This document shows, piece after piece, positions 1 to 8,080 of a stretch of DNA of 15,555 bases. Positions within the stretch are counted from its first letter, which is position 1; the number at the start of each line of letters is the position of its first letter. Source of the stretch: an uncultured Nitrososphaerales archaeon (GTDB taxonomy: Archaea > Thermoproteota > Nitrososphaeria > Nitrososphaerales > Nitrososphaeraceae); NCBI GenBank assembly GCA_963709405.1, contig CAVPXM010000067.1, positions 1-15,555 of the forward strand, written 5' to 3'. A model generated the notes under the pieces. It saw only the letters and a program-made list of their open reading frames with translations, was not told the DNA's origin and ran no database searches. The position numbers were made by a program, and so were the translations under genes.

Positions 1-85
1 GTTAAGATAAGCCCAAAGAAATACCCCAAGTGACAGTAATGCGTGTATTATTATATTCTATTTGTATGTATGATATAGTAAATTA

Positions 86-724
86 TTGCGTCAAGAACCA
101 AAAAGAAAGTTAATAAAAAAGGGAGCAGAGGCAGACATTTTCCTAATCAGTTGGTTTGGAGAGAAGGCTATCTCAAAACTAAGAAAACCAAAGCCATATC
201 GAAATGCATTGCTTGATAGCGAAATTCGCAAAAAAAGAACAATTCACGAAGCTAATATGCTCTCTGCTACGAAGATAGCAAAAGTACCGTCTCCATTTGT
301 GTATTTTGTCGATCCCATCCACGCAGAGGTCATAATGGAATGTATAGAGGGCGAGAATGTAAAGGCTATAATTGATCCCCAATTGGCAGCAGAAATAGGA
401 AGACATACTGCTCGCATACATTCTAGAAACATCATTCATGGGGATCTTACAACTTCAAATTTTATTTTTGATAAGTTGCATCAGAAACTTACGGTTATCG
501 ATTTTGGGCTTTCCTATTTTTCCGAGCGAATTGAAGATAGGGCAGTAGATATACGTTTGATTAAGGAGATTCTCATGAGTGCCTATGCCAATGACTACGA
601 GGAACTATTCTCTGGTTTTTTGATGGGTTATAAAGATATCTGTGGTGATAATCAGTTGACGGCTAAAATACTAAGTACTGTCCGAGCGATAGAAAGACGC
701 GGTAGATACGCGAGAATGACTTGA
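86..724 (+). CDS. bud32: KEOPS complex kinase/ATPase Bud32 (Kae1-associated kinase, t6A pathway)
   Basis: 212 aa with KKGAEA P-loop, catalytic HGDLTTSN, DFGL and the C-terminal RGRY typical of archaeal Bud32. TTG start with an AT-rich TATA-like tract ~30 nt upstream. Confidence 0.93.
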   Translation: MRQEPKRKLIKKGAEADIFLISWFGEKAISKLRKPKPYRNALLDSEIRKKRTIHEANMLSATKIAKVPSPFVYFVDPIHAEVIMECIEGENVKAIIDPQLAAEIGRHTARIHSRNIIHGDLTTSNFIFDKLHQKLTVIDFGLSYFSERIEDRAVDIRLIKEILMSAYANDYEELFSGFLMGYKDICGDNQLTAKILSTVRAIERRGRYARMT

Positions 725-866
725 GGAATTGTTGTTGAGAACAGCTTTAGACAATAGCGAGCTTTGTTTCAGTGCCCCCAAAAGTGGCTTCACCTACATC
801 CCTTAATGCAATATCCCTTAACCTAGTACCTGATATCCATCTCAGTTTGTATGCTAGGCAGATATC

Positions 867-902
867 TGAAATGACGACGAATATGCCGACGAAAATGACG
901 AT
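867..902 (+). repeat. Three imperfect 12-bp direct repeats just upstream of a TATA-like tract
   Basis: tgaaATGACGAC / gaatATGCCGAC / gaaaATGACGAT, cores at 871, 883 and 895, followed by TTTATATTTTTATAA (906-920). Confidence 0.7.
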
Positions 903-935
903 AAATTTATATTTTTATAATTATGATAAACCTTA

Positions 936-2105
936 TTGAGAATTTCGACATCTGACCAGACGAGACAAGAAGCTATAGCGAAATGGCTCAGTGGATGGCC
1001 TAGGGACAAAATCGCCGGGGAGCTTGGGATAGGTGCGGGCACGGTCACTAATATTATTGCAAATTGGACTAATGAGGTAGGAACTCCGACAGCTGCTTCT
1101 CTCAGGGAATTAAGCGTAGAAATTCGAAGGGCAGGTATGGGTATTCGTGATTGTGCAAGGGGGCTTCGGATTATGCGGATATTGTCCAGCAGGATGGGAG
1201 ACGATGAGATTAGTCAAATTGAATTATTTGTAAATAAAGTATATAATAAATGTAAATATTTGAATATTTCTCCTGATCATTTAGTTGAAATAGCGAGTGA
1301 GATATGGGAACTATCTAAAATCATGCCGACATCACACATTTCTACTTATTTGAATGAAAAGTTGAAGGAGAAAGAGAGTTTGGAAGCCGAGATAAGGAAG
1401 ATTAATAAAGAGAGAGACCTTGCAGAGGTGAATTACAAGAAAAGTCTCTATCGATCTAATATAACAGCCCAAGCACTAGAAGAATATGAGATGGTTCGCG
1501 CTTATCTTTCGGGATATGGCTTAGGGACGGCTGATCTTCATAAATTGATGCTGGCTCTTCAAAATGTGGAGAAGTATCGATTTGATATTGATCAGATCAT
1601 GAAGAAAATTTCAAATAACCAATCACTTGCCGATGAAGAACTGGAATTACGTAAGAAATTAGCGCTAGGACGAGAAGAATTGGAAGCCACCAAGAATACT
1701 AGCAAAGTTTTAGAAATGGACATGGAGCAAAATGCGATAAAAATAAGTTACTACAACGATTTGAGTTCTCTAGGTTTCGGCCTTGAAGAGATGAAAAGTC
1801 TTAAGAATGCTTTAGTAGAAATTGCCGAGGCCAAGAATAGCGGCAGTTCAGCTAGTAATCCAGCGGATACAGTTAAGCTTTTCTTCAAAAGATTGGAAGA
1901 ATACGGGGATTTGGAGGCTAGAATAAAATCACTTAAAGAAGAAAAAAATGGTATTGAAGAGGCACGTAACTTGCTCATTAATGAGATGAAGGATTTCATC
2001 GGACAGACAAAAAAGGAGGTAAAAGAGATGTCTAATATTGCAATTGAAGCGATAGGGATAGCTTCTAAGCGGAATACTAGTGATTCTGCTCAAGATACAA
2101 CCTAA
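936..2105 (+). CDS. Hypothetical protein with N-terminal helix-turn-helix and long coiled coil
   Basis: 389 aa ORF. The N-terminus WLSGWPRDKIAGELGIGAGTVTNII is HTH-like and the rest is E/K/L-rich heptad sequence. From recall it resembles a paralog-rich Nitrososphaeraceae family. Confidence 0.75.
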   Translation: MRISTSDQTRQEAIAKWLSGWPRDKIAGELGIGAGTVTNIIANWTNEVGTPTAASLRELSVEIRRAGMGIRDCARGLRIMRILSSRMGDDEISQIELFVNKVYNKCKYLNISPDHLVEIASEIWELSKIMPTSHISTYLNEKLKEKESLEAEIRKINKERDLAEVNYKKSLYRSNITAQALEEYEMVRAYLSGYGLGTADLHKLMLALQNVEKYRFDIDQIMKKISNNQSLADEELELRKKLALGREELEATKNTSKVLEMDMEQNAIKISYYNDLSSLGFGLEEMKSLKNALVEIAEAKNSGSSASNPADTVKLFFKRLEEYGDLEARIKSLKEEKNGIEEARNLLINEMKDFIGQTKKEVKEMSNIAIEAIGIASKRNTSDSAQDTT

Positions 2106-3098
2106 TAAATGATTTTAGACAATCTTAAAAAAATAAGTAAGCGAGACAATTCCTTGTTGAATTTGATGCAACCTGACATCAGATATATTAATAAATTGTT
2201 GATACAAATTACATATGTTATAATATTTGGCATACCAGCTGCTGCCGATAATCTATCTGTTATATAGAAAGGGAATCTTATAACCGGTGACTTAATTTTT
2301 TATATTCAGCTGGATACTAGAATCAAAGTGGATAGTCTCGCTATAGTTGATCGTTGTACGTATTAGGGCTTGGGAGTTTGGGGCACATTATCCAGATAAC
2401 TAGTGGCAAAGAAAGAAAAGAATATAAAAAATAGACGCCCCTTTAATAACACGATAGATATGTCATAGGTCCTCTTTAAGTTGCCAGATACTATACAAAA
2501 GTGAGGACAAAAAGTATGTGAGGATTGTAATGTGATATTAATGTTGGTTGTTTGTTCATGATAGTCAGCTCCACAACCTGATACGCTGGAAGAGACGGAA
2601 GAGCTCGCACTGTTGATTCATTCCTTACCTTAACGCCTTAAGCTAAAAGATCAGGACATCAAGATATAATATCTCACGTTATTCTCAATTTAGTGATTAT
2701 CAGATTCACAACTAACGCCAAGATAGATGATGCAGATCAATAGAAAATCTCAGGATATCCGCTTTTAGTATTTATTCGATGCATTTAAGAACACTGCAAA
2801 TTTAACATAGGCACTTTCAACTGCGAGAATATCAAGTGTTTTTCTTCTAGATTGAACACATAACGATCGTTATTCAACGTATAGATGACCTAGTTACACT
2901 AATTGTCGATGCAATTAACACAAGTCTCCAGCCCCCAGAGTTACATATAAGTAGCTAATTCTGCTCCATATGGGGAACTATTCTGCAGCAAAAAAGATGT
3001 AGAATCTCTTAATGAGGTACTCGATAAAAACCAGCGATTTAGACGCAAGGAAGATATGTTTATATTCCTCAGTGCGAATTAGATATTTTGAAAGTTGT

Positions 3099-3136
3099 GG
3101 TGTAACACCGGTGTCACACTGGTGCCGCCCATGGTG
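3099..3136. promoter_or_regulatory. 11-bp-period array of a palindromic unit (GGTGTNACACC), putative operator
   Basis: GGTGTAACACC / GGTGTCACACT / GGTGCCGCCCA / TGGTG. Positions 3100-3119 form a 20-bp palindrome with one mismatched pair, directly before the TTG at 3138. Confidence 0.55.
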
Positions 3137-3137
3137 A

Positions 3138-4152
3138 TTGTATTCATTGAGAACAAAATGGGTTTGTCCCAATTGCGAGGAGTTGTCGCCTACAAGACAT
3201 TGGAGTGTGCAACGACACATCCGAAGAAAGCATAGCGGAATAGGAGAACCCATAAGTATAAACACACATCAGACCAGGACTCAGATGAATATACCGTCAG
3301 GGTGGTCTAATTTCAATGCTCCTACCAATACAACACAATTTAGTCATGATACAAATAAATGACAAAGAGATGTAGACAACTACCTATCTGGACATACTAA
3401 AAGCGAGACAATATTGGATGATGAAACTTTCGAAATGTTACGTCAGATGATTGAGAAAAAAAAAATTTTGTACAAAATCGATTAATCTCTGGTCTATCTC
3501 CTAATATAGAAGACATATCAAAGCACTTTATTGGTAGACAATTACCAAGTGAATTAACTGCCCTATTTCTTATACATAAAATATAGTTGATAATAATAGA
3601 AATTTTGGATATAGAGGTCGTCTGTGTTACAATTGTTGTTCTTATTGGATTGACTCCGTACATAATAACAAAGAGGAAGGAATGAAATCTTTAATGCTAG
3701 AAAAATCTCCTATGCATGCATGCGACGCTAAAAAAGTACTAGAAATCAGCAAGTGCAATATTCAGGACCTTGCAAGTAAGAAAGACCAGACGTATAATGG
3801 GTTGAGTAATTTTTTTACATTAATGGCATCTAGCATTATTTTATTTGGCCAAAAGCCCATTTATCTGTATATTGAAGAAATAATCGAACAAGATGATCGA
3901 CATTTGTCTTCGTGGATTAAGGAAGAAGATTGTATTAACCTAGGTAATATAAATGACATAGAGAAGAGCCATTGGGCCTATCGAGCAATCAAAGAAGAAA
4001 AAACAGGAGGTGAAAAAAGTATAATAATAGACAGTAGTGAATTGGTTTATTTCTTTAGGACTGCACGAGCATCTTTTGGTATTTTTAGGGTTCAAATGGG
4101 AGAGGATGGTTTAACACGCTACTTTTTTATGTACTTTAGTATTTCGAATTGA
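3138..4152 (+). pseudogene. Disrupted C2H2 zinc-finger protein with a second CxxC...HxC motif
   Basis: CPNC-x13-HIRRKH at the N-terminus. The frame stays open past TGA 3360-3362 (QRDVDNY...EMLRQMIEKKK), shifts at A10 (3456-3465) and at AAAA (3578-3581), then reads FGYRGRLCYNCCSYW in frame with the 3682-4152 ORF (PMHAC). Confidence 0.7.
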
Positions 4153-4214
4153 AGATTTTCTCGGATAATTGGCTACTTTGATCTCCGGATTTGCAAGAGT
4201 AATGATAGATTGTG

Positions 4215-4500
4215 CTAACTAATCTTATAGTCAGCTATCAATCCGGGATGTAGCTGCATATGAATGAGATGCATCACCGTACTGAACGACCCTTTACTAT
4301 CAATAGTCGTTTTTAATTGTGAGAGAATCTTGTTCAACTGTGATTGTGTGTCTGATGTTGTATTTTTATTTGTGGAGCCTGGTGACCTTAGGTATTTCAG
4401 CAATTTCTTGGGCTTGTTTGACATATGCCTGTGCATTCTGATATTGTGACTCATTTATTATATTCATTTTATTGTTCATGGCAGTCATCTTATTGTTAAC
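4215..4500 (-). pseudogene. 3' remnant of a thaumarchaeal helical exported-protein gene
   Basis: Joining two frames near 4395-4405 gives MNIINESQYQNAQAYVKQAQEI / KYLRSPG...QLNKILSQLKTTIDSKGSFSTVMHLIHMQLHP...KIS*. From recall this resembles the C-terminus of a Nitrososphaerota family. The upstream frame is closed near 4520. Confidence 0.5.
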
Positions 4501-4716
4501 AATGTAGGATTCTGATTGTCAAGGTCGTCATACGATGTATCTTGGAAGCAGGAGGCGATAGAACTGTTATCACATTTAGTATACATTTTGACACTCTTCT
4601 AGAGATGGTACAATAACAACCTGGATAATTGAAAGGATAACTGCAAGTCCTTCTAATATCGCACGGATGTAGTTCATGATTCCATATTACAGGACTGATT
4701 CGTTTATGGAGCCTCT

Positions 4717-4929
4717 TCATGCAATATGACATGAATGAACCAAAAATGGAACCGATAGGATTTTGTAAAGATTAATGACATCATATTCTCCGAAAGTATA
4801 GAAACCTCCAATAAGTTTTCCACCTGCTTTTTCGACGGATGCTTTAAAAGAACTGTAACGGTCTGAAGATTCTTTGATCTTGCTAATTCCTTGCTCAGTC
4901 CACTTTATGAGTAAGACATAGTGCGACAA
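4717..4929 (-). pseudogene. C-terminally truncated GYD-domain protein
   Basis: YVLLIKWTEQG...VEKAGGKLIGGFYTFGEYDV matches the GYD family N-terminal half. Sequence after ~4774 is unrelated, and the ORF is 70 aa against roughly 100 aa for intact members. Confidence 0.75.
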
Positions 4930-5426
4930 ATGATAGATTCCAATATTGATAATTTTCGGAGTTACGAAAGTCTATACAAAGGATAGGAAATACGTTGAAA
5001 TTCAAATTACTATCGCCAGTTGAAGATAATATAATAATGCGGATCCGGATTATGTTCAATTTCCGGCAGATAATTAACTTGACTTAGTTGTTAGTTCTTT
5101 AAGTAAATGTAATTGCTATTTTTATCATATCCCAAGTCATACATGGTTACTACTTTAAAGCCATTCTCGAATAAATATCTCATCTCTTTACTGAACAAAT
5201 CTATGTTGGTACTTAGATGTGTCTTCTCGTTATCTATTTTATGATAAGCTAATATGACTAATGCATTAATTGTCGGTGCGTTAGTGCCGGGCTTTTCAGT
5301 GAAGAGAGTAACTACAGGATATTAGGAATAATCTATCAATTGCATCAGAACGACTGAAACACTTTATCATTGACGGAATAGTATAGAAGAACATAAAATA
5401 TCAAAGAACAAATATTGATAGCCTAC

Positions 5427-5485
5427 CTAATTGACCTACTTAGCTTATCATATTTGCTAATTGACCTACTTAGCTTATCATATTT
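5427..5485. repeat. Perfect 29-bp tandem repeat (period 30), only in copy A
   Basis: CTAATTGACCTACTTAGCTTATCATATTT at 5427-5455 and 5457-5485. Confidence 0.95.
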
Positions 5486-5530
5486 ACCAGCAAGCTAATG
5501 TTCCCAAAATATGATACTAAACATGAAAAC

Positions 5531-5577
5531 AAAAAAAGGAAGTTTTCTTACTCTTGATTTGAAGCAAGAATTAAGAA
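5531..5577 (-). terminator. Putative terminator of the peptide gene (hairpin plus T7); equivalent at 6785-6831
   Basis: Imperfect inverted repeat TTCTTACTCTTG...CAAGAATTAAGAA just after the stop codon, followed by a T7 run on the minus strand. Confidence 0.5.
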
Positions 5578-5581
5578 TCTT

Positions 5582-5794
5582 CTACTTTGTCGCGTTTCCG
5601 CCGGTCATGTTGCCGCCGGTCATGTTACCGCCGGTTGCGTTAGCCAATTTAGCGCCGGCTATCAGTTTACCTTGAGCATGTACTGGAGCGACAAGATTTC
5701 CTGTTGTCATGATACCGACTGTTGCTACGATACCAAAGGCCAACACTGCTGCTAGTATGACACCCAATGTTCCAATTTTTAGATTTTTGTTCAT
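5582..5794 (-). CDS. Small secreted or membrane-anchored peptide with GGN(M/A)T repeats (70 aa)
   Basis: The preferred start MNKNLKIG at 5794 lies ~23 nt from a TATA box, unlike 5860. It has a basic N-region, a hydrophobic stretch, a VHA|QG signal-peptidase-like site, then NATGGNMTGGNMTGGNATK. Confidence 0.8.
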   Translation of the reverse strand: MNKNLKIGTLGVILAAVLAFGIVATVGIMTTGNLVAPVHAQGKLIAGAKLANATGGNMTGGNMTGGNATK

Positions 5795-5816
5795 TAACAC
5801 ATTTAGTCTATAGCAT

Positions 5817-5826
5817 TTTATATAAG
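5817..5826 (-). promoter_or_regulatory. TATA box of the peptide gene (probably a leaderless transcript)
   Basis: The minus strand reads CTTATATAAA, 23-32 nt upstream of ATG 5794. It is identical in copy B. Confidence 0.6.
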
Positions 5827-5964
5827 CATTCTGAATAATTTTCGGAGAGTCAAATTTCATATTAGTCTGTTATAGTTTATTGTATAGTGACTTTCACTAA
5901 ATATAATTTAAATAATAATGTGATAAAATAATTATAATATATACAATTCAAAGTATTTTATTGT

Positions 5965-6507
5965 TTAATTTTCATCGTGCCGATTTAACTGTGTATACCA
6001 CTCCGCAAATTTACTAAGAGCTTTTGATCGATGAGAAAAATCCTGTTTCCTTTTAAGGGTGCCTAATTGACCGAAGGTGAGATCGCTTTTCATAGGAATA
6101 AATATCGGATCGAATCCCCACCCACCCTCCGTTTCATCCTCTTTTATCCATCCACGAGTCTTCCCGCTGAATAAATGTGGTTTCTGACCATTACAATATG
6201 TAATAATTGAGGTAAAATAGGCAGATCGATCTTCACAAGTCCGTAATAATTCTAGAATACCCTTAATGCCAATAGTCTTAAAAACAAATGCAGAATATTG
6301 GCCTGGAAAGCCATTAAGCTTATCAATAAATAACCCATCATCTTCTACAATAACCGGACTTTTTATTTTTGAAAATGCATATCGACATTTCTCAAGTGCT
6401 ATTTCCTCAAGCGAGTCTGATTGAATCTCCTTAATATCCAGTTTACAAAATGTGACACCCAAGTTGTATTGTTGAAGAATCGATTTTATCTCTGAATACT
6501 TATACTG
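5965..6507 (-). pseudogene. rdgB: 5'-truncated copy of rdgB
   Basis: Nearly identical to 7199-7741 but lacks MNSLCFASTN, which includes the start codon and the conserved ASTN motif. There is an in-frame TAA at 6511-6513 and the native promoter is absent. Confidence 0.88.
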
Positions 6508-6571
6508 AGATTAGTGAGAGGTTATTAAAATTACATTTTAAGAGGTCAATGCAATATTCCTAACGAATACA

Positions 6572-7742
6572 GCCGGGCTTTTCAGTGAAAAAAGTAACTA
6601 GTGTAATCATTTCGATATTTGAACTAATCTATCAATTGCATCAGAACGACTGAAACATCTTATCATTGACGGAATTGTATTGAAGATGGTAAAATATCAA
6701 AGAACAAATATTGATAGCCTATCTAATTGATAATATTTACCAGCAAGCTAATCTTTCCCAAAATATGATACTAAACATGAAAATAAAAAAAGGAAGTTTT
6801 CTTACTCTTGATTTGAAGCAAGAATTAAGAATCTTCTACTTTGTCATGTTACCGCCGGTCATGTTACCGCCGGTTGCGTTACCGCCGCCAGCGCTCATGT
6901 TACCTTGAGCATGTACTGGAGCGACAAGATTTCCTGTTGTCACGATACCGACTGTTGCTACGATACCAAAGGCCAACACTGCTGCCTAGTATGACACCCA
7001 ATGTTGCAATTTTTAGATTTGTGTTCATTAATACATTTAGTCTATAGCATTTTATATAAGCATTCTGAATAATTTTCGGAGAGTCAAATTTCATATTAGT
7101 CTGTTATAGTTTATTGTAGAGTAACTTTCACTAAATATAATTTAAATAATAATGTGATAAAATAATTATAATATATACAATTCAAAGTATTTTATTGTTT
7201 AATTTTCATCGTGCCGATTTAACTGTGTATACCACTCCGCAAATTTACTAAGAGCTTTTGATCGATGAGAAAAATCCTGTTTCCTTTTAAGGGTGCCTAA
7301 TTGACCGAAGGTGAGATCGCTTTTCATAGGAATAAATATCGGATCGAATCCCCACCCACCCTCCGTTTCATCCTCTTTTATCCATCCACGAGTCTTCCCG
7401 GTGAATACATGTGGTTTCTGACCATTACAATATGTAATAATTGAGGTAAAATAGGCAGATCGATCTTCACAAGTCCGTAATAATTCTAGAATACCTTTAA
7501 TGCCGATAGTCTTAAAAACAAATGCAGAATATTGGCCTGGAAAGCCATTAAGCTTATCAATAAATAACCCATCATCTTCTACAATAACCGGACTTTTTAT
7601 TTTTGAAAATGCATATCGACATTTCTCAAGTGCTATTTCCTCAAGCGAGTCTGATTGAATCTCCTTAATATCCAGTTTACAAAATGTGACACCCAAGTTG
7701 TATTGTTGAAGAATCGATTTTATTTCTGAATACTTATACTGA
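6572..7742. repeat. Direct duplication, copy B (frameshifted peptide gene plus intact rdgB)
   Basis: Aligns to 5286-6508 and is separated from copy A by about 63 bp of unique sequence. Confidence 0.97.
6836..7028 (-). pseudogene. Second GGN(M/A)T peptide paralog with a +1 frameshift (real or sequencing error)
   Basis: There is an extra C at 6985/6986 (GCTGCCTAGT vs GCTGCTAGT). Removing it gives 63 aa: MNTNLKIATLGVILAAVLAFGIVATVGIVTTGNLVAPVHA-QGNMSAGGGNATGGNMTGGNMTK. Confidence 0.8.
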
Positions 7743-7771
7743 TTAGTACTAGCAAAGCAAAGTGAATTCAT
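7199..7771 (-). CDS. rdgB: RdgB/HAM1 family non-canonical purine NTP pyrophosphatase (XTP/dITP diphosphatase)
   Basis: Motifs FASTNxxK, EIQ, VEDDGL, LNGFPGxYS, GWGFDPIF and SHRxKA. TTTTATAA lies ~30 nt upstream (7801-7808). Confidence 0.96.
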   Translation of the reverse strand: MNSLCFASTNQYKYSEIKSILQQYNLGVTFCKLDIKEIQSDSLEEIALEKCRYAFSKIKSPVIVEDDGLFIDKLNGFPGQYSAFVFKTIGIKGILELLRTCEDRSAYFTSIITYCNGQKPHVFTGKTRGWIKEDETEGGWGFDPIFIPMKSDLTFGQLGTLKRKQDFSHRSKALSKFAEWYTQLNRHDEN

Positions 7772-7979
7772 AGATCAATGTGTCTAAAACAATGGGAATC
7801 TTATAAAACTAGGCCAAGCCATACTAGTATATTAGTGGCTGAAGCGTTTATCTCGATAGAATTTGCACCATCATATGACTTACCAGTCTCAATTTTTTTA
7901 TATTTTCCTATTACTGATGGTATAAATTCATCATAAAATGTATTGAACGAGCTATGCACTAACTCTTATGTTATTTTGG

Positions 7980-8035
7980 AAAAAATAGAACAAAAATTTG
8001 GAAGATAGAAGAGGAAATTCTTCCTCCTTTATCTT
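7980..8035 (-). terminator. Hairpin plus T-rich tract downstream of nirK
   Basis: The minus strand reads AAGATAAAGGAGGAA-GAAT-TTCCTCTTCTATCTT (8002-8035; 15-bp stem with one mismatch and one G-U), then TTTTTGTTCTATTTTTT. Confidence 0.65.
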
Positions 8036-8080
8036 TTACGGCTACTAGTCAACGTATTTGGTAAGGCCGCCAGTCTGCGG

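Larger units (their letters stand above)
5286..6508. repeat. Direct duplication, copy A (peptide gene plus truncated rdgB)
   Basis: Starts GCCGGGCTTTTCAGTGAA, as at 6572, and aligns through TACTTATACTGA. About 99% identical to copy B over rdgB and more divergent at the left end. Confidence 0.97.

Noticed and set aside
1-10. GTTAAGATAA at the window start recurs at 15533-15542
   Set aside because: Only 10 bp, AT-rich and not extendable. The enclosed DNA is mostly housekeeping genes with no integrase, so there is no support for att sites or circularity.
179-1999. Short antisense ORFs within bud32 and the HTH/coiled-coil gene
   Set aside because: Shadow ORFs opposite well-supported genes, with no motifs.
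2520-2760. Protein-like reading APQPDTLEETEELALLIHSLP* with several stops
   Set aside because: Possibly an old remnant, but there is no recognisable family and too many stops to call.
2978-4732. ORFs 2978-3265(-), 3397-3663(-), 4264-4449(+) and 4496-4732(-)
   Set aside because: They are antisense to reconstructed pseudogenes or lack any motif or promoter support.
5427-5485. Possible CRISPR repeat pair
   Set aside because: The units are adjacent with a 1-bp gap, there are no spacers and no cas genes.
6711-7094. ORFs 6711-6908(+), 6841-7047(+) and 6900-7094(-), with LPPVM and CYRR repeats
   Set aside because: These are alternative-frame or antisense readings of the GGN(M/A)T repeats, plus the frameshifted product of peptide copy B.
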